Source: Phoronis australis
Lineage: Eukaryota; Animalia; Phoronida
DNA length: 64,000 nt
Assembly: GCA_002633005.1 (NCBI GenBank)
Contig: NMRA01000137.1
Span: forward strand, 820,643-884,642
Direction of reading: 5' to 3'
Position numbers and translations under genes: made by a program. Of this stretch, positions 39,472-53,030 are shown piece by piece. Positions within the stretch are counted from its first letter, which is position 1. The number at the start of each line of letters is the position of its first letter. Below the pieces are notes generated by a model. That model made no database searches. It was not told the origin of the DNA and was given only the letters and a program-made list of their open reading frames with translations.

Positions 39472-40366
39472 CAGGAAGAGATAACCAGGAAGGGACAACT
39501 AGCTAAACCGCCGTTTTTGGCCTCCTTCCCCGGACTAATTTCAGGACTTAAGTTTCGTTTAAAAGGAAACAGATGATTTTATCAGAGAGATTAAAGCTTT
39601 TTCTATAGAAGGATATCAAAAAAACTCACTTTTCAACCTTAAACAGTGGTGTAATTGTACTTTGAAAATATCGACTTCAGCGCACGCAATCGCAATTTCC
39701 CACACGCAGTCACGGGTATTTAAGCTTTTCCGTCGATGTATAGATGGCGCAGTAGTCAAGTACTACCTCATTTGCATATCAAATTTGCATGTGGGAGTTC
39801 TGAGACTCTCGTCAGTTTAGTTGTTGTCGACCGCTTGAGTGCATAAAGCGGTGACCTCCCGCTGAGAGCACGCGCTGATGAAGATACCACAGCTAACTCG
39901 ATCGCTTCGCACTCAGGAGGTGAAAACACTCTCATGACCGCAGTTCTGAATTCCAGCTAAGCAAGCCCTATGTCGAGGAGCGGATTTGAATTGTTTTCGT
40001 CCTCAGACTGTGGATTGCAGAGAAGATTAGAATGAGGTCAACATCGAACTTTCTGCGACTACCTATCGTGTTGAAAGTTTGAAGTGTCAGAACCATAGAC
40101 GGAGCGCGCGGGATGTCTATGATTCCTNGTACATGCCTGGGAAGAGGCATCTTTTTAAGGGTAAAACAAGTCATGTTCAAAGCATCCTAGTGCCATTAAT
40201 ATGCTGTCTTTGGGGATCAAAGTGGTGTCATTTTATAGCTAAAAAGTTAAGCTTTCGAACACAATGCTTGAATTACAGACGACTTTAACATTTACTTTTG
40301 AAATCACTTTTGAATATCCGTTAAAATGCGCTAAAACAGTTGTCCCTTCCTGGTTATCTCTTCCTG
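39472..40366. mobile_element. Non-autonomous P-superfamily-like element
   Basis: Perfect 29-bp TIR CAGGAAGAGATAACCAGGAAGGGACAACT with CA...TG ends. 7-bp TSD CTATCAT at 39465-71 and 40367-73. Confidence 0.8.
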
Positions 40367-40699
40367 CTATCATCTATGCCGATTTTTTCAAAAAACAGTT
40401 AGTTGGAAAAAGTTTGTGAATCAGTTTTAAATTGAAACCACTTCATTTGAGTATCAGATAAATTCCTAGTACAACAGTTTTTGTTTTTGCTCCATGTTCT
40501 TATCATTTATATTTAAGGACAAATTAATTCCATTTAACTTCAGAGCATTATTAACAAAATCTTATAAAAATAATTAAAACCTTTCCGTAAAACTTGACAA
40601 ATGCGTAATGATATTGGTAGTCCGAAAACAATTTGTTGATTATCAAACCTGTCCTTTACATTTTGAATTACTGCACGAATACCAAAATGTATTTAAAAG

Positions 40700-41935
40700 G
40701 TGGTCGAAATCTCCCCGTGTACAAAGTTCTTGATAATCACGAGAAAGTCTTCCTAAGGAATGAATGAAATTGGCTACTATATGGAGGCCTTTTTTCATCA
40801 ATGTTTTATAACATGTTTATCATCACTACAAATACAGTAGTTAAACTATAGCGGTTGAAATTCTAATTCCATCAAAAAAACGACATCAAAACGTACTTCC
40901 AAAAAGGGGTTTTAATTTGATTTGAAGGATTTTAAAAGATGAGAAAATCTGAGGAAAGACAGACAAACATGAATTTAGCCCATGATACTTTATTAACTCG
41001 AGATAAAATTTTCCTTACCCAGCTACATTCTAAACTTTTTATGAAGAAATATATTTTGATCATCTTTAATCCACCCATATCGTAGTCTTGGATAATGACT
41101 TTACGGCTCAACTATCAATTTTTCCATTCCAGACAAAACCAAAAAACATTTTTTCTGACTGTTTTAAAAACATACTACTAGGCGAAGTGATGCTGAGAAA
41201 AAGATGTACACGTTGTGGTATTATTAACGTTTTAAAACAGTAATCCAACCAGGTACACTCATTAGTCTTTTAAACCAACAGGAAATTGTTTTCTGAATAC
41301 TAGCAACCTTCTCAGCATAGTTTTACTCAATCACATTTTTCAAACTGGGCGTAAAAATTATGCCCAAAAGGAATTTTTTTTTTACTTTCCCATGTCAATT
41401 TTATGTTTTGACACAATAACATGTTCGAAGTGCGCTTAGAGTCTAACCAAACGCAGAATGTTTTTTCTCTTTAGGCTTCAAACTAGACAAATTGGAAAAT
41501 CGGTCCACTAATGAAAGTGATGACTTGAGTGAATTTTCAGAGCCACCAGGGAGTATAGCAGTATCACCAGCATATTTTAACACCTTATATTTCTTATTTT
41601 CAAAAACTATTCCCTTGCAACAGGATTTTTTTCTGAAGAATACACCTAAAATCTCTGCGCATAGCAGTAACAAGTAAGATGTTCTCCTTGACTACAACCA
41701 CCGAAAATTGGAAAGACTTCAGAAAAATGATACAAAGCTTTGAATTTTCTAATAATATTTGAGTCCACTTTCTAATGTTTTCTGAATAAGTCTCCAAGAG
41801 ACTGAATCGAGTACTTTTTTCGAAATCTATTAGTATAATTCAATAATCCAGAGATATCTTGTTCAAGAATATAATGCATTATGTCATACAATAGACATGT
41901 GTTTTCTCCAATAAAGCGGAATGCTTCGTTGGTAT
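40700..41935 (-). pseudogene. Degenerate L1/Tx1-type LINE ORF2 (reverse transcriptase)
   Basis: Broken frames give FIGENTCLLYDIM, LIDFEK, LLLCAEILG, LKYAGDT (degenerate YADD), DYDMGGLKMI and NPFWK. A possibly related C-terminal piece lies at ~39177-39398. Confidence 0.75.
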
Positions 41936-43470
41936 TGAATGCACCCTTTTTACTCTGATTTACACGTTTCACCATTGATGCGACGGTATGATATGTTCTC
42001 CAGATTTTCCATTGGATGTTTCAATGCCTTAATACTTCAGACATGTACAATACCTTCCGCAGATGAACTGTCGAATTAATGGACATATTTTCGTTCAGTA
42101 ACGTGAGTCAAGAACTCTCTTTTTGAGTACACGATAACACTGGGTTCGCCAAAAATCCGATTTGAACTGTTCACATTTAGTTTTCTCTTGACATGGTTTT
42201 TTTTCCATGAATGCAACTCCTTTCCCACGAGTTGCACTGCTTACGACAAGTTTGTTTTTCTGAACACATTTCTTTCCTCTTAAACGACAGTTGTTTTATT
42301 TTACTTTAAGCACTGGCATTATCAAGCACGTGCGAGATACCATTACCGTGCATCGAAACAGTCACGAGAAGTATTGTCTACCCATAGATTCTATGGTCTA
42401 CCATGAAGCAAGTTCTTGAAAACATACGGGCCGGGCAAACTGTATCTCATGAGAAAAATAGGTTAGCAAGAAAAGAAATAAATTCGCGTTGAAAGAAATG
42501 TATTTGTGATAAAAGAGCTTTATTTCTACAAACTTTCAGTCTATTTGTAGATTTTGCTCACTTGCTTATGTTATTTTTTCAATTGGATGTTTAGCGCAAG
42601 GCCCTCTTTTACTTATGACATTAGTTAAAATGTTATCTGAAAACTGAGTCATTATTTCAATGAAAAGAAACGGGGACTTAGTCATTACGTTAGGGACTTT
42701 ATATGAAAAGGTCCCTATTTACTTTCAACAATATTGCGAATTCAGCCAATACTTTTAACTCTCAATATGTATCAAGCCTAAAACTTGACGTAGCGGTGAA
42801 AAATAGCAGAAAAAATGACAATCGGTGTGTGCAAAACGTACACAAACGTTTAGGAACATGGATGAGTAGCCATAGGCGGATTTAGGGGGGGGGGGGNAAT
42901 TTGCCCCGGTAAATAAAATTATACGGATGAAAAAAGATTTAAATGTGTGCAGTTTTAGATCCAATTTCAAGTGTCAAATTCGGAACACAGCGCATTCGTA
43001 ACGGAACTATGGCTAAGTGTAGGCTCTCCCGCGATATCCTAGGCGACCGGCAGTGGCGCTGCGCACTACGACTCCGTTTCCGTCGTCTGCTCCACTGTGC
43101 AATGGAGAAAATTTACTTCATTTTTTAAAGAAAATGGAACCTGAGTGACGATGAAAAAACAGAAGCTGCTGGTAAGATGTGAATTTTAATCGAAGCCTAA
43201 GTGAATCACTCAGAAACTCATTAATTCTCTCTTTGTCAAACCTTAACTTAAGACGACGATGTCCAAAGCAATCCCGTCATTATTGCCAACACGAAAAACC
43301 GATTTGGTCTTTTGGGCATTTGAAGACTATCTTAAATACAACAAATTTGTTAAGAACGGATTACACAAAATATAAAACGTGTAATAAGCATTACAAAAAG
43401 AAGTAGGTTTCGCGCGCAAACGCTGTGGACCATAAACAAGTAGGTCTCTTAGTTTCTGTTGATTAGCGAA

Positions 43471-43535
43471 GTCGTGGTGGTGTAGTGGTGTGGCACGCGC
43501 ATGCTATCAGCCAGGTCGTGAGTTCGGGTCTGTGA
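43471..43535 (+). mobile_element. tRNA-like SINE head fragment
   Basis: A-box TGGTGTAGTGG and B-box-like GAGTTCGGGTC. There is no full cloverleaf. Confidence 0.4.
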
Positions 43536-45664
43536 AACTCGTAATTTTTCCTGTGTGACTCTATCTCCGTGTTTTTTTTTGTTTTTTTTTCCTTTTTTTT
43601 CTTGGATAATACATAAGAAATCAAGGAAAATGCTTGATTTTTAGAGAAAAAAACAGAAAAATTTCCTGGGCGGTTTGCCCCCCTCCCGACCTCCCCCCAT
43701 TCGGTGCTGTGCGCATCTACAATCGTGGTTTGCGCAAATGCTTACAGCCGGAGAAAATGTTGGCCCCCCCTAGTGATATCCTAGATCCGCCACTGGTAGC
43801 TATAGGGATCTTTCGAGCAACGGGACACTGATACCTTGTGGTGACACCAACAGCCAGGTCCCCTTCTCTCGTGATTAGCTCCAACTGTGCAGTTGAAGTG
43901 GTACACCGTGGTCGTCCACGGCAGTGGAGGGTTCCCGTCTCCGAAGGCGCAAAAACACACCCAAAACTCCACAGATACGTAGACAAAGTCGACTACTGTA
44001 GACTTCAATTTCATGGTTAGTCTTCTCAAACGAGATCGGGAATTAGAGCCGTGTAATGTGCGTACGGGATGCGGTGTTTAGATGGATGACATTTTGGTGA
44101 CCAGCTTCCCCACATAACAAAAGGCAGCGTTTACCGACAAGTTCACTACGGAAGGGTGCCACGTCCGAATAAATTCCCTACAATAGGTTTCACTTTGGAT
44201 GTTAGCTTTTTTCATAAGGGTGAAATCGCCAGCAGTTCTTGGAAGCTGTAAGGAGCCCAACCACAATCATTGCTTGTATCCGTAGGAGAGGGGAGCGGGA
44301 CGGTTCTGCCCCCCTCAAATTCGCTTCTACCAACCCACCCTCCAGTTCAGTTAACGATCGAGGCTTCTCTTTTTTATAACAATTCAGGTTCCACATTTTT
44401 GTGTACGTACGCGTTTGCATTGAAAGATATTGTTTTTCTGCATACAATTCCATCCAAATTGTAAAACATTGCCAAATATTAGCTAACACGACCAACAATT
44501 GACCAGTTTTTTTATCGTTCACTACTTCTCCGAACTCACCAAAGAAAGAAGGTGTTTTTTTTCAATGCTAAAGCGTTTTCTTTTTCGTAGCGCTTCAGTA
44601 CCAAATTTCCAGAATTGACTGTCCGAACCCATGTGCCAGAAGCTGAATCACATTGGCAGCCGCCTAGTAAGTGGCGGAATTTTGTAAGAAAATATCGGTG
44701 TTGCGAATATGCGATATCTATGACATATGATTCGTTTTTAGCAGACACGTTGACTGGTATTTGTAGAACTGTCCTCCAGGCCGCACGTAGACCGGATATG
44801 TATACGTGCTCTATTTTCATTGGTTAGTTTCGTCTGGGAGTAATGTGAATGAGGTTTCATTCTGCTTTGGATGACAAGCGTGCCAAAATTCATCGTACTC
44901 TGACGTATCCGACTATTTGTAAAAACGCAAATGGTTGAACCAGGAAGCTGGTGATGAACAGCATTTTTTTCCAGAATACAAAAAAGATGATACATTTTTT
45001 AACTTCCTGAGTTCGTTGTCTGTATTAGAAAGTACAAATAAGTGCTAGTAAATTGACTTGCTAAAAATATATATAGGGAAGAGTTGACGCAGAAGCAGTT
45101 ATCTTCAGATGGTGAACATTACCATGTACATGATCAACTCACAGATTAGCAATTGAAAACAGCAGAAAATGATATTATCGAAGTGGCAGAATAAAGAGAG
45201 ATTAAGATAGAAGCGCATTTTGTGTTACGAAGTCCAATCCCGCAAGGCAGATTTGAGAAATAGGCTCATGTCACATTGCCACCTTAGCAACAACGATGTC
45301 AGGTCTTTTATATTCAATGGCAGCAAACACTTTAAATACATTTCAATGTATACACAAAGGGCAATGGTAATCAGAAAAAGCGAATTATTGAATCTTTAAT
45401 GTCTGTGTTTGGTGTATGAAGTTTTATATGTGTTTTGCTGGGGGGCTTTTTCGGAAATCCTTGTTATATAGAAAAATATATGAGAGTGGACACTACACAT
45501 TTACTACACGAATGTATGAAAACAAAACTGTACTTATATGGTTGGCCAAGTGAATCTTGACAGCAGTGCAACGGACGCATTGTCGTACTTGGCCAACAAT
45601 AGACGTAAACATGCACGCAGCAATAGAATTTGCTTTCGCGACAAAAGTATTACAAAGGCTGTTA

Positions 45665-46765
45665 CAAGGTGTTCCATGGAAACAGATACCCCGGTGAAAA
45701 CAGATAACCCGGAGTCGAAAACAAGATTCCCGCGCCTTGAAAACAGCTAACCAGCCCAAAAAACACGAAAGCCGACATTTAAAACAGAAACCCGGGGATC
45801 GGACAGGACACCCGGGGATCGAAACACCACTCCCGCACTTATGGATGTTGTGATATGTTGTTTTACTATATTAGAATTTTAGACAACTTCTGACGGATTG
45901 ACGTTCTACAATATTCTGCTGGTAAAGTTGTGGTGCAAACTTTCGGCGCCATGAAATATTGCGTCACCTATTGGCCGGTTTCTTTTTTCCCAATTCTTCA
46001 ATCAACTGTTCTTCTTGCGTACATGTAAAATAAATTTTCGGAACTGGTTTCAGTTTGTTACAGGTTTTTATTCTTGTATGTCCACCAAACTGAATTTCAG
46101 AACAGTAGCATTGATCTATCAATAAGAGCGGGAAAGCGTTGTGTTCAGAAATTCCGATTCCAAATTCTGTTTTAATGATTGATGAGGAGTTGAAGTACTC
46201 TTTTTTGAGGGCAAGAATAGTGAAATTGGTGACGGTACAGGTGTTTTGACTGAATAATTCTCGCGGTTGATTTCAAAATCCAGAAATTGTTTGTACCGGA
46301 AATAATGTACTCTCGAGAAGTAAATAGACGAACGCTAAGAAATAGTATTTTTGTTCTTCATTTGAAACTGTTTTTGGAGAAACTATTGAATAATCTGAAA
46401 TTAACTAAATATTCAACGAGATAACAGCGTGTTGATAGTATAGATTATGTTGAAATTCGCCCACAGACAAGTTGCACGAGTTTTATTGATAAAAATCAAA
46501 TAAAAAAGTCAATATGATATATATTACGTTTTATTATTGACAATTTCAACAAACAAATGCAGAAAACAACTGCAAAGTGAAAGTTTGAGGCTACTGACAT
46601 CGTCTCAGAAAAATTTAAATATTGTCCGGGTTTCCGGTCTGATCCCGGGGTTCCTGTTTTAAAGGTCGGGGTTCGTGTTTTTCTGGCTGCTTGAATGTTT
46701 TGAAAGTACGGGAGTCTGTTTTCGACTCCGAGATATTTTGTTTCTTGTTTCGATGGAGCACCTTG
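45665..46765. mobile_element. TA-flanked MITE with long (~140-150 bp) imperfect TIRs
   Basis: TA|CAAGGTGTTCCATGGAAAC ... GTTTCGATGGAGCACCTTG|TA. Mirror similarity continues through CGGAGTCGAAAACA, TTTAAAACAG and CCCGGGGATC. Confidence 0.8.
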
Positions 46766-48294
46766 TATAGACAGACCGAAATCTTGAAATGTCACATCAT
46801 TCATGCAGCACTGAGTGCACTATCAGCTCCCGTACGTTTTAGCAACTACCCATTCGGAAATGTTGAACTGAACTTGCTTTTGTTGAGTACAGATGCACAA
46901 TCTTACACACATACATGGGTCACAGAGGAATAGGGTGCGTCACCATAGGGTTACAGCCGTGTCAACCAGGGGTGGCGTCGTAATAGCTGCAACTCTAACG
47001 CGACCGTGAAATTAAAAATTTGCCAGCAAAAAAAGAACCGGAACACGATGTGAGTAAATGTCCCAAGACCGACAGACTGGGGTGGCGTTCTTACTGCGCT
47101 GCTAAGGCGGCGGAAAAGTGTTTGCACGTCATGGTGGCGACAATTATGGTATAAGCAGGAAGGGAGTATCAGACATCATGCGACATCGTTGTGAGGATAT
47201 CTGGCGTTTCCACCACTTCTATATTACGCTTATGACGAACATTGAGGCCATTTTTCGTCACTGTAGCAGCAGAATAAGGGCGTCATCCTGGTCCGTCTGA
47301 CTATACCTTGTGGGACAGTGTAAAAGAAAAGTTGCGGGTTTTGCCGTCACCTAATTTTGGGATAAGAACTTTTAGCAATACAAAAAGTTTGTGTCACGAC
47401 ACACCACCGACCTTTATCGGTGGCGCCTGATTAACAAATCGTGTTGACATTTTGTTTTCACCGAATTTTCAAAGTGGCTGCCCACCAAATAAATTTTAAC
47501 ATGACTTGTTTCACATGTTTTGTGCAGGCTCAGGTCAAAAAACTTTAGCTGCAAAGTAAATGTAGGCCTAAAGTGCATCAAACGAATACGTATTCATAGA
47601 GAGGTTACAGACCTAAGCAACGTAAGTTATTGCAATTTTAAAACTTCACAGTTAAAAAATACATACACAAAACGCTCCGAGAGTGGCGAAGATGAAGTTA
47701 TATTCGAAAGGACATTATTTCGCGTATCGACCGTGACGGAAGGTCGATACGCGGAATAATGCCGAGTGGGATATTACTTCATCTACGCAAATCGAGGTAC
47801 GTTTTGTATTTATCCCATATGCTTCGAATTAATAAGTTTTTTTCATTCTTTTCGGCAGACTTTTTAAATACTTCACCCAGACTGTTCAGGCGACGGATCA
47901 CATCCTATATGTATGGACTTGTGCGTTTCGTTACAAGTTTTAAGAAACAGTTTCAAATTGTTGTGGATTTGTGGATGACATGCATGCGTGTACACGTTTG
48001 CATTTCCATTCTTCTAAATTCAGTACATTTAACTACATGGGCGGCGCACCATAGGCAGGTTGGAGGGGCTATAACTCCCACTTTTTTCTGTGCTGCGCTG
48101 CCCATGAACTACCGTATTTTCTTGCACTGAAAAACCCCGACGAGCTTGTTCATATTATTAGGGAAAAGGTCTAGACCCAATAAAAACTTAGGTCAATAAA
48201 GAAAGTCTTCTCTTTTCAATCAGTGTCAATGGCGCACATCCTCGCAGGCGTCATACGAGTAACAAACTTGATAGAAAATATTTTCAAGGTTATA

Positions 48295-48418
48295 TGTCAC
48301 TATTCCGAAGATTCACTACTCCAAAAGTCGACCACTACGAAGGTTTGCTACCTTCGAAAGTTCACTACTTCGAATGTCCACAATTCCTAAACCAGAACTC
48401 CGACAGTTCATTACTCTC
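48295..48418. repeat. Degenerate ~16-bp tandem array (TTCACTACTCCGAAG-like)
   Basis: About six to seven diverged units are visible. Confidence 0.6.
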
Positions 48419-48879
48419 ATTGTCTGCTGATGAGACGGAACTAACATGAGAAAAGTATTGTCCATTTCGTATTTATTTAAAGGCTAAGTCCTAAACAGAA
48501 CAAACACTTAGAAACCACTTATTTCCATAAACTGCTGTAACATCTTTTTAACACTATTTATAGAAAAAACCTAACACACAGTTTTGGTAAGTTGTCCAAA
48601 GCGGCTCTAAAATGTAAATGAAAAGATTTCAGAGGCCAGACTATTCCCGTCATCCATGCAAGGTTAAAAATTTCAAAAGTCATTTAGTCTACGTTGTAAT
48701 GAAGTTTTGCAGTACAAGTCACATTTTTCCTTCTGAAAGGTTAGAAAATATACTTTACATTTGAGAAACTGGATTCACATTACAACCTGCTAAGTTTTAA
48801 CAAAACGGATTTTTCATTGATTCTAACCTTAGTTTTTCTTCCCTGAAGTGAGATAAGCCATCACAAGCTGCGATTAGGT

Positions 48880-49400
48880 CTCACCACTTTAGGATAAAAT
48901 GTGTGCGAGAAGTGAAATTTTCTTTGTTGATTTTCATTTGTTAGCAAAAAAAAACACCCACCAGCCAGCACACAGGATTGCAAAGGCAACAGGCTTACCA
49001 AGACCTGAGTCATGTGACGAAGTTGCTTTTCACTGGCCACCACTGCCCCTATGAAACGTTCTGACGGCATGACAAGTCCCTGTTCCTGCTTCAAATTCAC
49101 CAAAGTGTAACATTTCTGTAAGCAGGTAAGGGCACACTACATACAGGAGACGTCCTACCCATGGAACACGCAAGGAATTTGATCAAATTCGTCCCTCCCA
49201 GCAACATGAACAACCGTGTTCTCCACTAACGGTTTTACTCAGAAGAAGAATCACAGCTCTCCGAGACAAGTTGCTCCGAATCGAAAGGGTCCATCTCGCC
49301 TGATATTCGTCATGTCCGGCTGGCGATTGGTGTGTGGCCGTAGACAACTACAAAATTTCTGCGTTATCTCTACAATAACAGTGCCCTCTGATGATCCCTG
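48880..49400 (-). pseudogene. P-element/THAP9-like transposase C-terminal remnant
   Basis: VENTVVHVAG and LVNLKQEQGLVMPSERFIGAVVASEKQLR resemble the P-transposase YIAGxV and LIxxKxRGGLxxPS...ExxFR motifs. The frame is shifted. Confidence 0.5.
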
Positions 49401-49586
49401 GAAAATGTCAAGAATTGCCAGTAGTTACAGTAGGTATTATTTAATGTATTCTGTCATATATTTGACATTCGAAACCTTAACATGAACAACTGGTCAAGAG
49501 TAATACCCATGTCCATCTATTCAATTTGCCTGATTGTTAGAAACAAATTTGGTTTCAAGAATTTCCGCAGATAAGCCCCCTCTTAA

Positions 49587-50548
49587 AGTGTACACAACAT
49601 GACACTTGTACCTCAAAATAAATTTTATTATTATATCTTACTTGATTTCAGTGCCTTTAGTGCACAGCTCATAAAGAAACACGCAAAAATTGAAAAAATA
49701 ACAATTATGTACAAAGTCATGGGTTGAACCCAAGTCGTTCGCCATATTGTTCGGAACAGTCACAAAGTGTATAGAGTGAAGTGAAAGCAAAGTACATTTA
49801 GCGTCGAGAAGGTTCGTAGAGGGATCAAAAGATGTGTTGCCGGAGGCTGCAGCAACAGCAGCCAGGCGGAGAACGTCTCGGTGTTCCGAAGGACACCAAA
49901 GTTGCGCAGAAGTAGCATTGCTTCGTGCGCCGAACGAGAGTGTGGGACCTCATCGTGGACCAAGTTATTCGGTCCGGGGCCACTCTGTGTTTTGCCCCCT
50001 TTGAGGACTCATGTTTCGACTCCAGCCACAGGAGTTGTTACGATGAAGGCCTGGTTCAATAAAGGACAATATTTATCATTCAGAAACATTGGCTCTTAAT
50101 TCAGGATCGTCTGTTGGATGACTGGGTTGACTCGCCGAGCCCGAGGCCGCTTTTCTCGCGGGAGGATCCAGTTCGTAAGGCTCAAAGTAGAAAAGTAAGC
50201 AGCCGGAAGCACATCAAACTTGTTCTCGCTTTCGTCCAACCCCATTTCCTCATCCTGACCACCATTCCCGTACGTTTCTTCATAGTATTCATTCAATTCT
50301 TGCTCATAATCGTCGTCGCTTTCAAATTCACTGCTCTCCGCCATTGTTCGATGCTAGTCACTGATCTCTTGTGTTCAACCCATGACGTCACATGGCGGGA
50401 AATGTGAAAATTGGCAAAATTGAAAGACAAATAAAAATTTCGAGCTAATTACACAAAATAAACATGGGGTTAGCTAAATTTTACGTCATATATTTAGTCT
50501 GTGGCCACCGGTAATTCAAAATGTGCAAAAATCCATGGTGTGTACTGT
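49587..50548. mobile_element. Internally deleted Kolobok-like element
   Basis: TTAA at 49583-86 and 50549-52. Imperfect TIR AGTGTACACAACATG versus ACAGTACACACCATG. The plus strand has a THAP remnant (IKRCVAGGCSN...FEDSCF); a convergent acidic ORF start (MAESSEFESDDDYEQELNEYY) lies at 50344 on the minus strand. Confidence 0.65.
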
Positions 50549-51373
50549 TTAATAAACATGGACATCTTCATTGACAAAGGAAATTATAAGGTACTTATAA
50601 TTAAAGCGATACTAACCCCACAACAATTTACATCGAGACTAAGCGGAGACTTGCACCAAACTTAAAACTGGTTCTAAATCTTGGGCAACCCTCCGAACCA
50701 TTCATGCAGTCACACTTCGGTCAGATAAAGAAGCCTTCTCAACGCAGACTCACTCCTGTGAACGTTGAAATCTACCTTCCTAACAAAAGTTATTTTCAGC
50801 CGAAAATATTTCTCCATCAGGAGTATTGGGTTTGTTGCTAGAACGCAGTTTTCAAGGTTCTAGATAACTAATTAAGGACTTTGAAACTTTGGGGGTAATT
50901 TAGCAGGTGACCAGAGGCCTCAATTGACCAGTCAGTAGCATGTCGTCTAATTCCAGCGCCTTCCAAGTCAAGGTGCCTAAACTACACTGTGAACGGTCTC
51001 ATAAACACGGTCACGGACGCATGAACACGACTCACGGACCTTGCACTCAAGTTTGACAACAATTCGCTGCCAGTGGCATAATCCAATCAAATTCCAGCAA
51101 AACCGCTTTGCCGAATGGCTGCCCCTGCGAATGGGATTCATTGTTGTATGCATATTGTAGATTTTTTCTGCCAGTAATGGATTTTTGAAGTTTATTGAAA
51201 CAACTTAGAGGAAAATTACTGATTGCTGCAAACAATGGGTGACATTTCTTACAAAGACAGCCATGATATTGCTCAAACCTTTCTGTCTGCAGTGGAGGGA
51301 AAAGCAGGTGGATTATTATCACGACAAAACGGTTATTATAGACGTCCCATGAATGTTGATCAAATCACCAAAC

Positions 51374-51525
51374 TGCAGTGTTGTAACTCTGGATGGCAGA
51401 GATTTATTGGAGTGTGTCTTCAAATAAACTGACGGCCATTTTACATACTAATATTCCTCGACCTTGAACCTCGGTCAACGGCATCTATTGGTACATAGTG
51501 AACTACAATAACAGCGGATACTGCA
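51374..51525 (-). repeat. Complete 152-bp 3' LTR
   Basis: TGCAGT...ACTGCA inverted termini, internal AATAAA, adjacent to the polypurine tract AGAAAAAGGTGGA. Confidence 0.85.
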
Positions 51526-51593
51526 TCCACCTTTTTCTGCCGAAAGTAAAAAATAATGTCCTATGACTACTAAGTTGACTAGTGTCTCTTAAA

Positions 51594-51660
51594 GATAATG
51601 TCTGCTTAAACTAATATCAATAATGTCAGCTTAAACTCCTGTCGATAACGTCTGCTTAAC
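51594..51660. repeat. 25-bp tandem repeat in the Gypsy 3' UTR
   Basis: About three copies of RATAAYGTCWGCTTAA(A)CT. Confidence 0.75.
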
Positions 51661-51693
51661 TACACGTGTATGTAAATGTGAAGATAAATGAGC

Positions 51694-53028
51694 CTATATC
51701 TCCTCAATCAGTCTCCTTGGTCGTCGTTTCACACGCACTGGTCGTCCACTCACACCAGGGATGTTCGTGTCGTTGGGTAGAACGTCAGGACAGTTGTGGT
51801 CATCGTCGTCGCTGTCTGATGAGTCATCCCTTTCCTCTCGTTTGACGCTGATGTCATCAGGCACTTTCCTGAAAAACGACGTGTTGTGAGTAATGCAGCT
51901 CCCATTGTTTCGACGGGCAGTCACCATAGTCCCATTGTTTTCTGCAACCGTTAGCGGCACTGGGTGGAATGGCGTCGAAAACTTGTTCGTCTTCCTCTGA
52001 CGCACGACTACACGATCACCCATTTTAAGGTTTGACGATTTTGCGTGGTTGCGATTGTCCTTATACGGCTTTATAGCTTGTTTTGCTTCGGCATCGCAGA
52101 CACGTATGGTGGATTCCTCAGGGTCACTTGACGACTGCGCCAGTTCCGGTAACTTTGTTCGCAGTTCTCGCTGGAACATAAGTCTAAACGGTGTATAGTT
52201 CGTGGTGCGATGTGGAGTAGAGCGATATGTTCGCAGAAAACACGATATGGAGGATTTCCAGTCCTTTCCATCTACGATCGCGGCCCGAATCGTCTTCAGT
52301 ATCGGTTTGTTGAAATTTTCGACCTGTGAATTGGCTCTTGGCCATAGCGGAGTAATTTTTATATGTCGCACACCACAGGATGTCAGAAACTGTTTCCACC
52401 CATGCCCAGAAAAGGGCGGTCCATTATCTGACTTAATAACTTCCGGCAAACCAAACACAGCGAAAATACGATCAACTGCCGGTATGACTGTGTTGGCGGA
52501 TGTATTGCTGACTATTTCGACCACCGGAGAACGCGAGTACTCATCTGTCATTACAAGCAGGTACTCTCTAGTTGGTACTGGACCACAAAAATCGATACTA
52601 ATGTTGACCCATGGTCCACGCGGGAGTGGGGTCATAGACAGCGGTTCTGTCCGTTTGCGAGTAGTGTTCACCTGACAGGGCAAACAACGACCAACTGCCT
52701 CTTCCACGGCTTTGTCAATTCCCGGGAACCACACTTCACTGCGGATAAATGCTTTGGTCTTGCTGATGCCTTGATGACCTTCGTGTGCGAGCTCTACTGT
52801 GCAGTTCTGCAGAACGGCTGGGGTTACCACACGGGTTCCCCGTATCAGGATTCCTTCTGTCTCCGATACAGTGAGTTCATCTCTAACGGCGCGGAACGCG
52901 AGCACAGATACACGATCAATATTCGGATTTGAGATATCGTCGATCTCATGCCATCGTCCAGAATGGACTAAGGACATCACTAACTGAATTGTCGAGTCTA
53001 ACTTGTTGGCTGTAACGACCTCCTCCAT
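51694..53028 (-). pseudogene. Gypsy integrase segment
   Basis: HHCC zinc finger (AHEGHQG...CLPC) and DDE core (DFCGP, SDNGPPF, ENFNK). Confidence 0.9.
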
Positions 53029-53030
53029 CG

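Noticed and set aside
48295-48418. Regularly spaced short repeats (also 2800-2855 and 51594-51660) as a CRISPR-like array
   Set aside because: Units are adjacent and degenerate with no unique spacers. There are no cas genes and the context is eukaryotic.
51047-51322. LFPPLQTERFEQYHG resembling a Kolobok transposase C-terminal motif
   Set aside because: The similarity is too short and degenerate to call without a profile search.
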